In this document: piece by piece, positions 1 through 12,900 of the stretch
Layout: each line of letters starts with the position of its first letter
Position numbering within the stretch: position 1 is the stretch's first letter
Source: Nitrospirales bacterium
Lineage (GTDB): Bacteria > Nitrospirota > Nitrospiria > Nitrospirales > UBA8639
Assembly: GCA_965203295.1 (NCBI GenBank)
Contig: CBDBCZ010000015.1
Coordinates: forward strand, 928,001-992,000
DNA: 64,000 bases
Reading direction: 5' to 3'
Program-made: the position numbers and the translations under genes
The notes under the pieces: model-generated
Told to the model about the DNA's origin: nothing
Database searches by the model: none
What the model saw: the letters and a program-made list of their open reading frames with translations, nothing else

Positions 1-360
<360 letters not shown>

Positions 361-371
361 ACTGCATACAG

Positions 372-1229
372 TTATGCGGCTGACAAAGCTGTCTCTAATG
401 ACGTCGGTTCCAGTGCTGGGAGAGCCATGGAGCAGGCTGGGTGAGTACAGTCAGTATATTTGATACTCATTGTATAATGAACCCATTCCAGTATTTCTGA
501 CGCAATGAATTTTGAGATGTCAGGGGTTGAAAACAGACCAATTAAATTCAATCTATTAAATTTTAGCAGGCTAAGTGACTTAATTGCTGACAAAGTAAAG
601 AGGCTGTGGTTTTGATAGTTAACTGCTCTAGTAATTTCTACTATGACTGACACTAACTGTATGGTAAAGTACAATTGTGATATGCAGCCATTTATGATTA
701 CTTATTGTATGTGGTTATACTGAAAGTCTACAGCTAGTTTAATTACGTATTACTACAGCTTCTGACTAAACTCAGTTCCTCCTGTTTCTGCATAGTCTCA
801 GTATGCTTCTTGTAGTGCATGTAAACATTTTGCTGTTCTTAGCAATTAATCTAACAGCGTTCATCGCACGTTGATCAGCAATACACACTGTAGTACATGT
901 ACATGTAAGCTCAAGAAGGAGCTTGATAAATCCACCCTAATTACAAACTATAACATTTTCAGTACTAGCCTCTCTTACTCGGCCAGTCATGTAGTTCTGA
1001 AGATAGGTTTCTAACTTGTTTTCCACATGTGCATACATCTGAGGCTCATTATACCATATTACAATGCATGCATAAAATTTTACCTTTGTTTATTAACATT
1101 GCTGTGCATGTGCATGTACTTACATGTAGGTACAGCAGTGCAAGATGAAATGGAAGCTGACATAAGGACCCCTCGTTGTTTACCAGCCTTTGCATCTGGG
1201 GAACTGCTAGCACTACCACACAATTTCAA
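372..1229 (+). pseudogene. TRAPPC13: TRAPPC13 (trafficking protein particle complex subunit 13) fragment, copy A: two exons, 372-440 and 1130-1229
   Basis: AG/GT-bounded, phase-compatible exons translate to (V)MRLTKLSLMTSVPVLGEPWSRL-G-TAVQDEMEADIRTPRCLPAFASGELLALPHNF. This matches the recalled TRAPPC13 N-terminus (VMRLTKPTL...LGEMLTLPQNFG). The intron after 1229 is joined to unrelated sequence at ~1242. Confidence 0.85.
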
Positions 1230-1238
1230 GTAAGATTA

Positions 1239-2089
1239 AACTGGGCTGGAGAAAATTAGTGTGTCTGGCTTCAGTGTCTAGCAGTTGGGTGTTGCTAACT
1301 TTTGGGTTGACTTAGGAAATCATGTTTATCAGTAGTTTTTCTATTGTAATTGGAGGATTAGGAGACCAGAGAAAAGCTAAACTACAGTAGAGCCTTAGTT
1401 CACTTTTAATTCATGGAGGCTTTCCTAGTGTGAGTCAAATTAAGAGCTGTATGTAGCTGCTGGTCAGCTCTAGGTGCTACACACACCATCACCACACTCA
1501 CAAAGCCCAAATAGCTGTCAGTGTTTCAGTTCTTTGTACTTTACTTATGATAGTATGTTTGTATACTTACAGTACATTGGCCCTATTACATTCGTGGACA
1601 TACTTTCAAATCAGAAGAAATGCATTAGTAAGATTGGACAGGTATTTGTAGAACACTTACCAAATGGTACTTTGACACAAGGCTTTTTGCATCTTACCTC
1701 CTAGTTATATTTGTTTGTTCACACAGTTGTGTAAACAAGTGTACATTTGTTGTGGAAGTAGATTGAGTGTCACCTGTGCATGGGCTGTGGGGCATGGGTG
1801 GGGTGGGGTGACAACTTGCACTGGCCTACACTTGTACTTTTCTTGTCTCTGTTAAGGGCACCTGGTAACTTCAGTGGTAGTCACAGAATCAAACCCATTA
1901 CTTTCAGTATCAGCATGGCATGTGGAGGAGTGTCAGCATCAGGCTATCAGCACATGTCTCTTCCACATGCCAATACTGTAAGTGATGGATGCTGTAGAAT
2001 GTAAGTGGGCTGGCTTGTGAAACTACTTTAGTGAACCAGACACTATGAATATTCTACAGTTGTATGTTTTCAATTGCAAGGCCTTTCAT
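1239..2089 (+). repeat. ~850-bp duplicated segment (second copy 45088-45939; first ~70 bp also at 54591-54665)
   Basis: Near-identical sequence from AACTGGGCTGGAGAAAATTAG to CAAGGCCTTTCAT at both places. The ORF track shows near-identical 74-aa ORFs at 1780 and 45630. Confidence 0.95.
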
Positions 2090-2220
2090 CATGGAGTACG
2101 GTAGTACTCCATATGTAGGGATGGCACGGGAAAAAAATGGCATCCCCATATCACACGTACAAAATCATACTTTCAGAACTCGCTTCTGATTATAGTCATA
2201 GGCTTTTATGAGCCATACCA
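2090..2220. mobile_element. Probable transposon terminus with hairpin; diverged second copy at ~3052-3180
   Basis: Begins exactly where homology to 45939 stops. It contains the hairpin ATGGAGTAC-GGTA-GTACTCCAT (2091-2112). CCATATGTAG.GATGGC...AAAAAA.GGCATCCCC...GTACAAAAT...TCAGAACTCG recurs at 3071-3140. Confidence 0.45.
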
Positions 2221-3921
2221 TGACATCTCGAGTGTTTTCAACAGCAACAAGACTGTTAGCGTTGCTAGAAAGCTTCGCTGGAGTACCAAACCGGCAAGTC
2301 GACACACTGGGTGGGAGGGGCGTATTAGTCAACTTCTTTCTTTCTTTCTTTCTTTCTTCTTCAGCCAGGCTAGCGCAATGATGGCTTAAGCGATCACAAT
2401 AATTCAAGCGCGAACAAACTGGATATTCTCTGGGGTATTGCACCCGTAGCATAACTTTATCAAAGAAATCGAATAGGTTCAGCAGTGATTTACGAGTAGT
2501 CTCGAGTGGAGGCTCGCCGTTCCACACCATTTAATGACTACTGTTCCGTTCCGTTCCGGGTTTTAGTACCGCCCCATTTAATGACTTTACGTGTTTGTCT
2601 ATTTAACGCCTACCTTTGATCGTGTAGCTCTCCGAGCCTGTACTGCATCTCCTGGTTAATCACTGCGTAAGTCACACGAACTTTTAGCTAGAATACTCAC
2701 ATGGTTGAGTATCTGTTGGTTGGCCCAAGTCCAAACGGCTTCTGGCCAGAGGTACTGTTTTAAGAATGGGATGAGTAGTATGGCAGCTAAGTGAGGGGTT
2801 GTCCGAATGGTGGAGTGGTCCGGAAATGCTAAACCTTTCTGTCTGTCTTTGTTATCTATCGTGAGCGACTGTTGTTGGCTTGCTATGAATACAAACACGG
2901 GCAGATAAGTCAATTGGAAGTGAGGCTTATCACATCTGGACAACCCCTACAGTCTGGATACCCCCTCACTTACTCTTCTGGAGGGTGCAGGCACTTAGAA
3001 ACTGCAATACATATCATTACATGTCCTTGGTGATAATTTGCAGTTCATTTTCATGGTGTACAGAACTATTCCATATGTAGTGATGGCTCTGAAAAAAGGC
3101 ATCCCCTTTAAATGTGTACAAAATGACATACTCAGAACTCGATCCGCTGTAGGTGTAGTCTATGGCTAATATGAGCCCTAGCTAGCTACCACTTATTCAC
3201 GTGCGCTGTTTTCAATGAAACTCTGATCAGTTTAGCACTGATAACGAGCCTCTCGAGTGGACGCTTACCACTCACGCACCATTGTATTGTGGGATACGCA
3301 TGCGCAGACTGCCTGCCTGCCCTTGATTGTGCTGTTAGGACCTTTTGCTCTCGAGTGGAAGTGTGAAAGTGCATGAATTCAAGGTTCTCTTATTCATTTC
3401 ATGTGTGCTGGTTTTGGAATTGCGATGTGCTTAGCATGTAGAGGAACAAAAGGGCCCAGAATAAATGGTACATTCAAAACTGACAAAGTATAAAGGCAGC
3501 AACTAGCCTAGCAGCTTTCCGTGCTAGCTATAGTACTGACACTGACAAGAAAAGGGCAGCTTCACGTGCCAGTTACATAGCTGACCCTGACATGAGACCT
3601 TCCCCATGCACATGCACATGCAGACGAAGGCCTTTCTGATGCTGACTGGAGTATAAATTGAAACATATACTACACGCACCATTCTCAAACACTTTCCATT
3701 CCAACACCATCCACTATGCACATTTACACCTACACATTTGCTACCACCTCTCAAAAAAAATGCCCCAAAACAAGTTACAGAAAAAGCACTTTGCCAAAAA
3801 GTGCAAAAACAAGACATGTAGGGATGCACTTCCACCAAAAAACACTTCCCCAAAAACCAATGAAACAAGCGACAGTGCACACCGTAATGCATGCACAGAC
3901 TACCCACACATTTACCGCGTA

Positions 3922-6900
3922 GCAGATTAGGAAAGAAGTATTTTATATAAAATCGTTAGTTTTGTTGGTCTCTAGCAAAGACTTTGAGCCAAAGTAACTA
4001 GCTACCATTGATCTGACCCTTCCCAACTGTTTAGGAAAAGAACCTGTTATTCAAAGGCTTGATTAGTTTTAATGATGTTAGTCGGATACAATACATGTTT
4101 AGGAAGTGTCGATGTTCAAGAAAGGAACTGGTTATTCAAAGGCTTGTTTAGTTTGGTTGATGTTAGTCTGAAGATTAGGAAAGAAGAATTTTATTGAAAA
4201 TTGTTAGTTTTGTTGGTCTCAGGCAAAGACTTTCAGCCAAAGTAACTGGCTACCATTGATCTGACCCTTCCCAACTGTTTAGAAAAAGAACTGGTTATTC
4301 AAAGGCTTGATTAGTTTTAATGATGTTAGTCGGATACAATACATGTTTAGGAAGTGTCGATGTTCAAGAAAGGAACTGGTTATTCAAAGGCTTGTTTAGT
4401 TTGGTTGATGTTAGTCTGAAGATTAGGAAAGAAGGATTTTATTGAAAATTGTTAGTTTTGTTGGTCTCATGCAAAGACTTTCAGCCAAAGTAACTGGCTA
4501 CCATTGATCTGACCCTTCCCAACTGTTTTGGAAAAGAACTGGTTATTCAAAGGCTTGTTTAGTTTGAATGATGTTAGTCAAATACAATACATTCTTAGGA
4601 AGAATTTGTTTTTTTTGGTCTCAGGCAAAGACTTTAAGCCAAAGTAACTGGCTACCAATGATCTGAACCTTCCCAACTGTTTAGGAAAAGAACTGGTTAT
4701 TCAAAGGCTTGTTTTGTTTAAATGATGTTAGTCAAATACAACACATGCTTAGGAAGTGTTGATGTTAAAGAAAGGAACTTGTTATTCAAAAGCTTGTTTA
4801 GTTTTAGTCTGAAGATTAGGAAAGAAGAATATTATTGTTAGCTTTGTTGGTCTCTGGCAAAGTCTTTAAGCCAAGGTAACTAGCTACCTTTATATATCTG
4901 ACCCTTCCCAACTGTTTAGAAAAAGAACTGGTTATTCAAAGGCTTGTTTAGTTTGAATGATGTTAGTCAAATACAATACATGCCTTGGAAGTATCGATGT
5001 TCAAGAAAGGAACTTGTTATTCAAAGGCTTGTTCAGTTATGTTGATGTTAGTCTGAAGATTAGGAAAGAAGGATTTATTGAAAATGATTAGTTTTGTTGG
5101 TCTCTGGCAAAGACTTTAAGCCAAAGTAACAAGCTACCATTGATCTTACCCTTCCCAACTGTTTAGGAAAAGAACTGGTTATGCAAAGGCTTGTTTAGTT
5201 TGAATGATGTTAGTCAAATACAATACATTCTTAGGAAGAATTTGTTTTTTTTGGTCTCAGGCAAAGACTTTAAGCCAAAGTAACTGGCTACCAATGATCT
5301 GAACCTTCCCAACTGTTTAGGAAAAGAACTGGTTATTCAAAGGCTTTTTTTGTTTAAATGATGTTAGTCAAATACAATACATGCTTAAGAAGTATTGATG
5401 TTAAAGAAAGGAACTTGTTATTCAAAGGCTTGTTTAGTTTTAGTCTGAAGATTAGGAAAGAAGAATATTATTGTTAGCTTTGTTGGTCTCTGGCAAAGAC
5501 TTTAAGCCAAGGTAACTAGCTACCTTTATATATCTGACCCTTCCCAACTGTTTAGAAAAAGAACTGGTTATTCAAAGGCTTGTTTAGTTTGAATGATGTT
5601 AGTCAAATACAATACATGCTAAGGAAGTATCGATGTTCAAAAAAGGAACTGGTTATTCAAAAGCTTGTTTAGTTTGGTTGATGTTAGTCTGAAGATTAGG
5701 AAAGAAGGATTTTATTCAAAAATTGTTAATTTTGTTGGTCTCTGGCAAAGACTTTAAGCCAAGGTAACTAGCTACCATTTGTCTGACCCTTCCCAACTGT
5801 CTTGGAAAGGAACTGGTTTAAGATTCAATCATTTGTTTAGTTTAAATGATGTTTGTCAGATACAATACATACATGCTTTGAAAGTAAGGGTTTTCACTAA
5901 TAATTGGTACAATTTTAGCTTTATTGGTCTCAGGAAACTTTAAGTCAAAACAACTAGCTACCCTTGATCTGACCCTTCCTAACTTTCTACGTAGAGAACT
6001 TGTTTAAGATTCAATAGCTTGTTTAGTTTGAGTGATGTTAGTCAGATACAATACATACTTAGGAAGTAAGGGTTTTGACTGAAAATTATCAGTTTAATTG
6101 TTCTCAGGCAAAGACTTTCAGCCAAACTAAGTAGCTACCATTGATCTGACCCTTCCCAAGTGTGTAGGAAAGAAATTGGTGTAAGATTTAATAGGTTGTT
6201 TAGTTTGAATGATGTTAGTCGGATACAATACATGTTTAGGAAGTATCGATGTTAAAGAAAGGAACTGGTTATTCAAAGGCTTATTTAGTTTAGTTGATGT
6301 TAGTCTGAAGATTAGGAAAGGAGGATTTGATTGAAAATTGTTAGTTTTGTTGGTCTCAGGTAAAGACTTTCAGCCAAAGTATCTAGCTACCATTGATCTG
6401 ACCCCTCCCAACTGTCTTGGAAAGGAACTGGTTTGTGATTCAATCATTTGTTTAGTTTAAATGATGTTTGTCAGATACAATACATACATGCTTAGAAAGT
6501 AAGGGTTTTCACTAATAATTGGTACAATTTTAGCTTTATTGGTCTCAGGAAACTTTCAGTCAAAACAACTAGCTACCATTGATCTGACCCTTCCCAACTG
6601 TCTAGGAAAGAAATTGTTTTAAGATTTTATAGCTTGTTTAGTTTGAATGATGTTAGTCGGATACAATACATGCTTAGGAAGTATCGATGTTCAAGACCGG
6701 AACTGGTTATTCAAAGGCTTGTTTAGTTTGGTTGATGTTAGTCTGAAGATTAGGAAAGAAGGATTTCATTGAAAATTTTTAGATTTGTTGGTCTCTGGCA
6801 AAGACTTTATGCCAAAGTCACTAATACAACCATTGATCTGACTCTTCCCAACTGTTTAAAAAAGAACTGGTTATTCAAAGGCTTGTTTAGTTTGAATGAT

Positions 6901-9900
6901 GTTAGTCAGATACAATACACGCTTAGGAAGTATCGATGTTCAAGAAAGGAACTTGTTATTCAAGGGCTTGTATAGTTTCGTTGATGTTAGTCTGAAAATT
7001 AGGAAAGAAGGATTTTAATGAAAATTATTAGTTTTGTTGGTCTCTAGCAAAGACTTTCAGCCAAAGTTACTAGCTACCTTTAATCTGACTCTTCCCAACA
7101 TTTTAGAAAAAGAGCTGGTTATTCAAAAGCTTGTTAGTTTGAATGATGTTAGTCTGATGATTATAAAAGAAGGATTTTATTGAAAATTGATAGTTTTATT
7201 GGTCTCTAGCAAAGACTTTAAGCCAAAGTAACTAGCTACCATACCATTTATCTGACCCTTCCGAACTGTTTAGAAAATGAACTGGTTATTCAAAGGCCTG
7301 TTTAGTTTTGTTGACGTTAGCCTGAAGATTAGGAAAGAAGGATTTTATTGAAAATTGTTAGTTTTGTTGGTCTCTAGCAAAGACTTTAAGCCAAAGTCAC
7401 TAGCTACCATTGATCTTACCCTTCCCAACTGTTTTGGAAAAGAACCTGTTATTCAAAGGCTTATTTAGTTTGAATGATGTTAGTCATATACAATACATGT
7501 TTAGGAAGTATCGATGTTCAAGAAAGGAACTTGTTATTCAAAGGCTTATTTAGTTTGGTTGATGTTAGTCTGAAGATTAGGAAAGAAGGATTTTATTGAA
7601 AATTGTTAGTTTTGTTGGTCTCAGGCAAAGACTTTCAGCAAAAGTAACTAGCTACCATTGATCTGACCCTTCCTAACTGTTTAGGAAAAGAACTGGTTAT
7701 TCAAAGGCTTGTTTAGTTTGAATGATGTTAGTCTGAAGATTAGGAATGAAGGATTTTATTGAAAATTGTTAGTTTTGTTGGTCTCAGGCAAAGACTTTCA
7801 GCCAAAGTAACTGGCTACCATTGATCTGACCCTTCCCAACTGTTTAGGAAAAGAACTGGTTATTCAAAGGCTTGATTAGTTTTAATGATGTTAGTCGGAT
7901 ACAATACATGTTTAGGAAGTGTCGATGTTCAAGAAAAAAACTGGTTATTCAAAGGCTTGTTTAGTTTGGTTGATGTTAGTCTGAAGATTAGGAAAGAAGG
8001 ATTTTATTGAAAATTGTTAGTTTTGTTGGTCTCAGGCAAAGACTTTCAGCAAAAGTAACTAGCTACCATTGATCTGACCCTTCCTAACTGTTTAGGAAAA
8101 GAACTGGTTATTCAAAGGCTTGTTTAGTTTGAATGATGTTAGTCTGAAGTTTAGAAAAGGAGTTTATTGAAAATTGTTAGTTTTGTTGGTCTCTAGCAAA
8201 GACTTTAAGCCAAAGTAACTAGCTACCATTTATCTGACCCTTCCCAACTGTTTAGAAAAGAACTTGTTATTCAAAGGCCTGTTTAGTTTTGTTGATGTTA
8301 GCCTGAAGATTAGGAAAGAAGGATTTTATTGAAAATTGTTAGTTTTGTTGGTCTCTTGCAATGACTTTAATTAAGCCAAAGTTACTAGCTACCATTGATC
8401 TGACCTTTCCGAACTATTTAGAAAAAGTGCTGGTTATTCAAAGGCTTGTTTGTTTGAATGATATTAGTCATATACAATACATGCTTAGGAAGTATCAATG
8501 TTCAAGAAAGGAACTGGTTATTCAAAGGCTTGTTAGTTTGGTTGATGTTAGTCTGAAGATTAGGAAAGGAGGATTTTATTGAAAATTGTTAGTTTTGTTG
8601 GTCTCTAGCAAAGACTTTAAGCCAAAGTAACTAGCTACCATTGATCTGACCCTTCCCAAATGTTTAGAAAAAGAGCTGGTTATTCAAAGGCTTGTTTTGT
8701 TTGAATTATATTAGTCAGATAAAATACATGCTTAGGAAGTATCAATATTCAAGAAAGGAACTGGTTATTCAAAGGCTTGTTTAGTTTGGTTGATGTTTGT
8801 CTGAAGATTAGGAAAGAAGGATTATATTTAAAATTGTTAGTTTTGTTGGTCTCAGGCAAAGACTTTCAGCCAAAGTAACTGGCTACCATTGATCTGACCA
8901 TTCCCAACTGTTTAGGAAAACAACTGGTTATTCAAAGACTTGTTTAGTTTGAATGATGTTAGTCAGGTACAATACATGCTTAGGAAGTATCGATGTTCAA
9001 GAAAGGAACTGGTTATTGAAAGGCTTGTTTAGTTTGCTTGATGTTAGTCTGCAGATTAGGAAAGAAGTATTTTATAGAAAATCGTTAGTTTTGTTGGTCT
9101 CTAGCAAAGACTTTGAGCCAAAGTAACTAGCTACCATTGATCTGACCCTTCCCAACTGTTTAGGAAAAGAACATGTTATTCAAAGGCCTGATTAGTTTTA
9201 ATGATGTTAGTCGGATACAATACATGTTTAGGAAGTGTCGATGTTCAAGAAAGGAACTGGTTATTCAAAGGCTTGTTTAGTTTGGTTGATGTTAGTCTGA
9301 AGATTAGGAAAGAAGAATTTTATTGAAAATTGTTAGTTTTGTTGGTCTCAGGCAAAGACTTACAGCAAAAGTAACTAGCTACCATTGATCTGACCCTTAC
9401 TAACTGTTTAGAAAAAGAACTGGTTATTCAAAGGCCAGTTTAGTTTCGTTGATGTTAGCCTGAAGATTAGGAAAGAAGGATTTTATTGAAAATTGTTAGT
9501 TTTGTTGGTCTCTTGCAATGACTTAAATTAAGCCATAGTTACTAGCTACCATTGATCTGACCTTTCCGAACTCTTTAGAAAAAGTGCTGGTTATTCAAAG
9601 GCTTTTTTTGTTTGAATGATATTAGTCAGATACAATACATGCTTAGGAAGTATCAATGTTCAAGAAAGGAACTGGTTATTCAAAAGCTTGTTTAGTTTGG
9701 TTGATGTTAGTCTGAAGATTAGGAAAGAAGGATTTTATTGAAAATTGTTAGTTTTGTTGGTCTCATGCAAAGACTTTCAGCCAAAGTTTCCTTCTTCCCA
9801 ACTGTTTAGAAAAAGAACTGGTTATTCAAAGGCTAGTTTAGTTTGAATGATGTTAGTCAAATACAATACATGCCTAGGAAGTATCGATGTTCAAGAAAGG

Positions 9901-12900
9901 AACTTGTTATTCAAAGGCTACCATTGATCTGACCCTTCCAACTGTTTAGGAAAAGAACTGGTTATTCAAAGGCTTGTTTAGTTTGAAGGATGTTAGTCAG
10001 ATACAATACACGCTTAGGAAGTATTGATGTTCAAAAAAGGAACTGTTTATTCAAAGGCCTGTTTAGTTTGGTTGATGTTAGTATGAAGATTAGGAAAGAA
10101 GGATTTTATTGAAAATCGTTAGTTTTGTTGGTCTCTAGCAAAGACTTTAAACCAAAGTAACTAGCTACCATTGATCTGACCCTTCCCAACTGTTTAGAAA
10201 AAGAACTGGTTATTCAAAGGCTAGTTTAGTTTGAATGATGTTAGTCAAATACAATACATGCCTAGGAAGTATCGATGTTCAAGAAAGGAACTTGTTATTC
10301 AAAGGCTTGTTCAGTTATGTTGATGTTAGTCTGAAGATTAGGAAAGAAGGATTTATTGAAAATTGTTAGTTTTGTTGGTCTCAGGCAAAGACTTACAGCA
10401 AAGTAACTAGCTACCATTGATCTGACCCTTACTAACTGTTTAGAAAAAGAACTGGTTATTCAAAGGCCAGTTTAGTTTCGTTGATGTTAGCCTGAAGATT
10501 AGGAAAGAAGGATTTTATTGAAAATTGTTTGTTTTTTTGGTCTCTTGCAATGACTTAAATTAAGCCATAGTTACTAGCTACCATTGATCTGACCTTTCCG
10601 AACCCTTTAGAAAAAGTGCTGGTTATTCAAAGGCTTTTTTTGTTTGAATGATATTAGTCAGATACAATACATACTTAGGAAGTATCAATGTTCAAGAAAG
10701 GAACTGGTTATTCAAAAGCTTGTTTAGTTTGGTTGATGTTAGTCTGAAGATTAGGAAAGAAGGATTTTATTGAAAATTGTTAGTTTTGTTGGTCTCATGC
10801 AAAGACTTTCAGCCAAAGTAACTGGCTACCATTGATCTGACCCTTCCCAACTGTTTAGGAAAGGAACTTGTTATTCAAAGGCTTGTTTAGTTTGAATGAT
10901 GATAGTCAGATACAATACACGCTTAGGAAGTATTGATGTTCAAAAAAGGAACTGTTTATTCAAAGGCCTGTTTAGTTTGGTTGATGTTAGTATGAAGATT
11001 AGGAAAGAAGGATTTTATTGAAAATCGTTAGTTTTGTTGGTCTCTAGCAAAGACTTTAAGCCAAAGTAACTAGCTTTTAGGAAAAGAACTGGAAAAGAAC
11101 TGGTTATTCAAAGGCTTGTTTAGTTTGAATGAAGTTAGTCTGAAGATTAGGAAAGAAGGATTTTATTGAAAATTGTTAGTTTTGTTGGTCTCTAGCAAAA
11201 ACTTTAAGCCAAAGTAACTAGCTACTATTTATCTGACCTTTCCCAACTTTTTAGAAAAAGAACTGGTTATTCAAAGGCCTGTTTAGTTTTGTTGATGTTA
11301 GCCTGAAGATTAGGAAAGAAGGATTTTATTGAAAATTGTTAGTTTTGTTGGTCTCTTGCAATGACTTTAATTAAGCCAAAGTTACTAGCTACCATTGATC
11401 TGACCTTTCCGAACTCTTTAGAAAAAGAGCTGGTTATTCAAAGTCTTGTTTTGTTTGAATGATATTATTCAGATACAATACATGCTTAGGAAGTATCAAT
11501 GTTCAAGAAAGGAACTGTTTATTCAAAGGCTTGTTTAGTTTGGTTGATGTTAGTCTGAAGATTTGGAAAGAAGGATTTTATAGAAAATCGTTAGTTTTGT
11601 TGGTCTCTAGCAAAGACTTTAAGCCAAAGTAACTAGCTACCATTGATCTGACCCTTCCCAACTGTTTAGAAAAAGAACTGGTTATTCAAAGGCTTGTTTA
11701 GTTTGAATGATTTTAGTCAAATACAATACATTCCTAGGAAGTATCGATGTTCAAGAAAGGAACTTGTTATTCAAAGGCTTGTTCAGTTATGTTGATGTTA
11801 GTCTGAAGATTAGGAAAGAAGGATTTATTGAAAATTGTTAGTTTTGTTGGTCTCTGGCAAAGACTTTAAGCCAAAGTAACAAGCTACCATTGATCTTACC
11901 CTTCCCAACTGTTTAGGAAAAGAACTGGTTATGCAAAGGCTTGTTTAGTTTGAATGATGTTAGTCAAATACAATACATGCTAAGGAAGTATCGATGTTCA
12001 AAAAAGGAACTGGTTATTCAAAAGCTTGTTTAGTTTCTTTGATGTTAGTCTGAAGATTAGGAAAGAAGGATTTTATTCAAAAATTGTTAATTTTGTTGGT
12101 CTCTGGCAAAGACTTTAAGCCAAGGTAACTAGCTACCATTTGTCTGACCCTTCCCAACTGTCTTGGAAAGGAACTGGTTTAAGATTCAATCATTTGTTTA
12201 GTTTAAATGATGTTTGTCAGATACAATACATACATGCTTTGAAAGTAAGGGTTTTCACTAATAATGGTACAATTTTAGCTTTATTGGTCTCAGGAAACTT
12301 TCAGTCAAAACAACTAGCTACCCTTGATCTGACCCTTCCTAACTTTCTACGTAAAGAACTGGTTTAAGATTCAATAGCTTGTTTAGTTTGAGTGATGTTA
12401 GTCAGATACAATGCATACTTAGGAAGTAAGGGTTTTGACTGAAAATTATCAGTTTAATTGGTCTCAGGCAAAGACTTTCAGCCAAACTAAGTAGCTACCA
12501 TTGATCTGACCCTTCCCAAGTGTGTAGGAAAGAAATTGTTTTAAGATTTTATAGCTTGTTTAGTTTTAATGATGTTGGTCGGATACAATACATGCTTAGG
12601 AAGTATCGATGTTCAAGACCGGAACTGGTTATTCAAAGGCTTGTTTAGTTTGGTTGATGTTAGTCTGAAGATTAGGAAAGAAGGATTTCATTGAAAATTG
12701 TTAGATTTGTTGGTCTCTGGCAAAGACTTTAAGCCAATGTCACTAGCTACCATTGATCTGACTCTTCCCAACTGTTTAAAAAAGAACTGGTTATTCAAAG
12801 GCTTGTTTAGTTTGATTGATGTTAGTCAGATACAATACACGCTTAGGAAGTATCGATGTTCAAGAAAGGAACTTGTTATTCAAGGGCTTGTATAGTTTCG

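Noticed and set aside
1780..2004. Conserved 74-aa ORF present twice (also at 45630-45854)
   Set aside because: It is explained by the recent segmental duplication, has no recognisable domain, and is no more conserved than its flanks.
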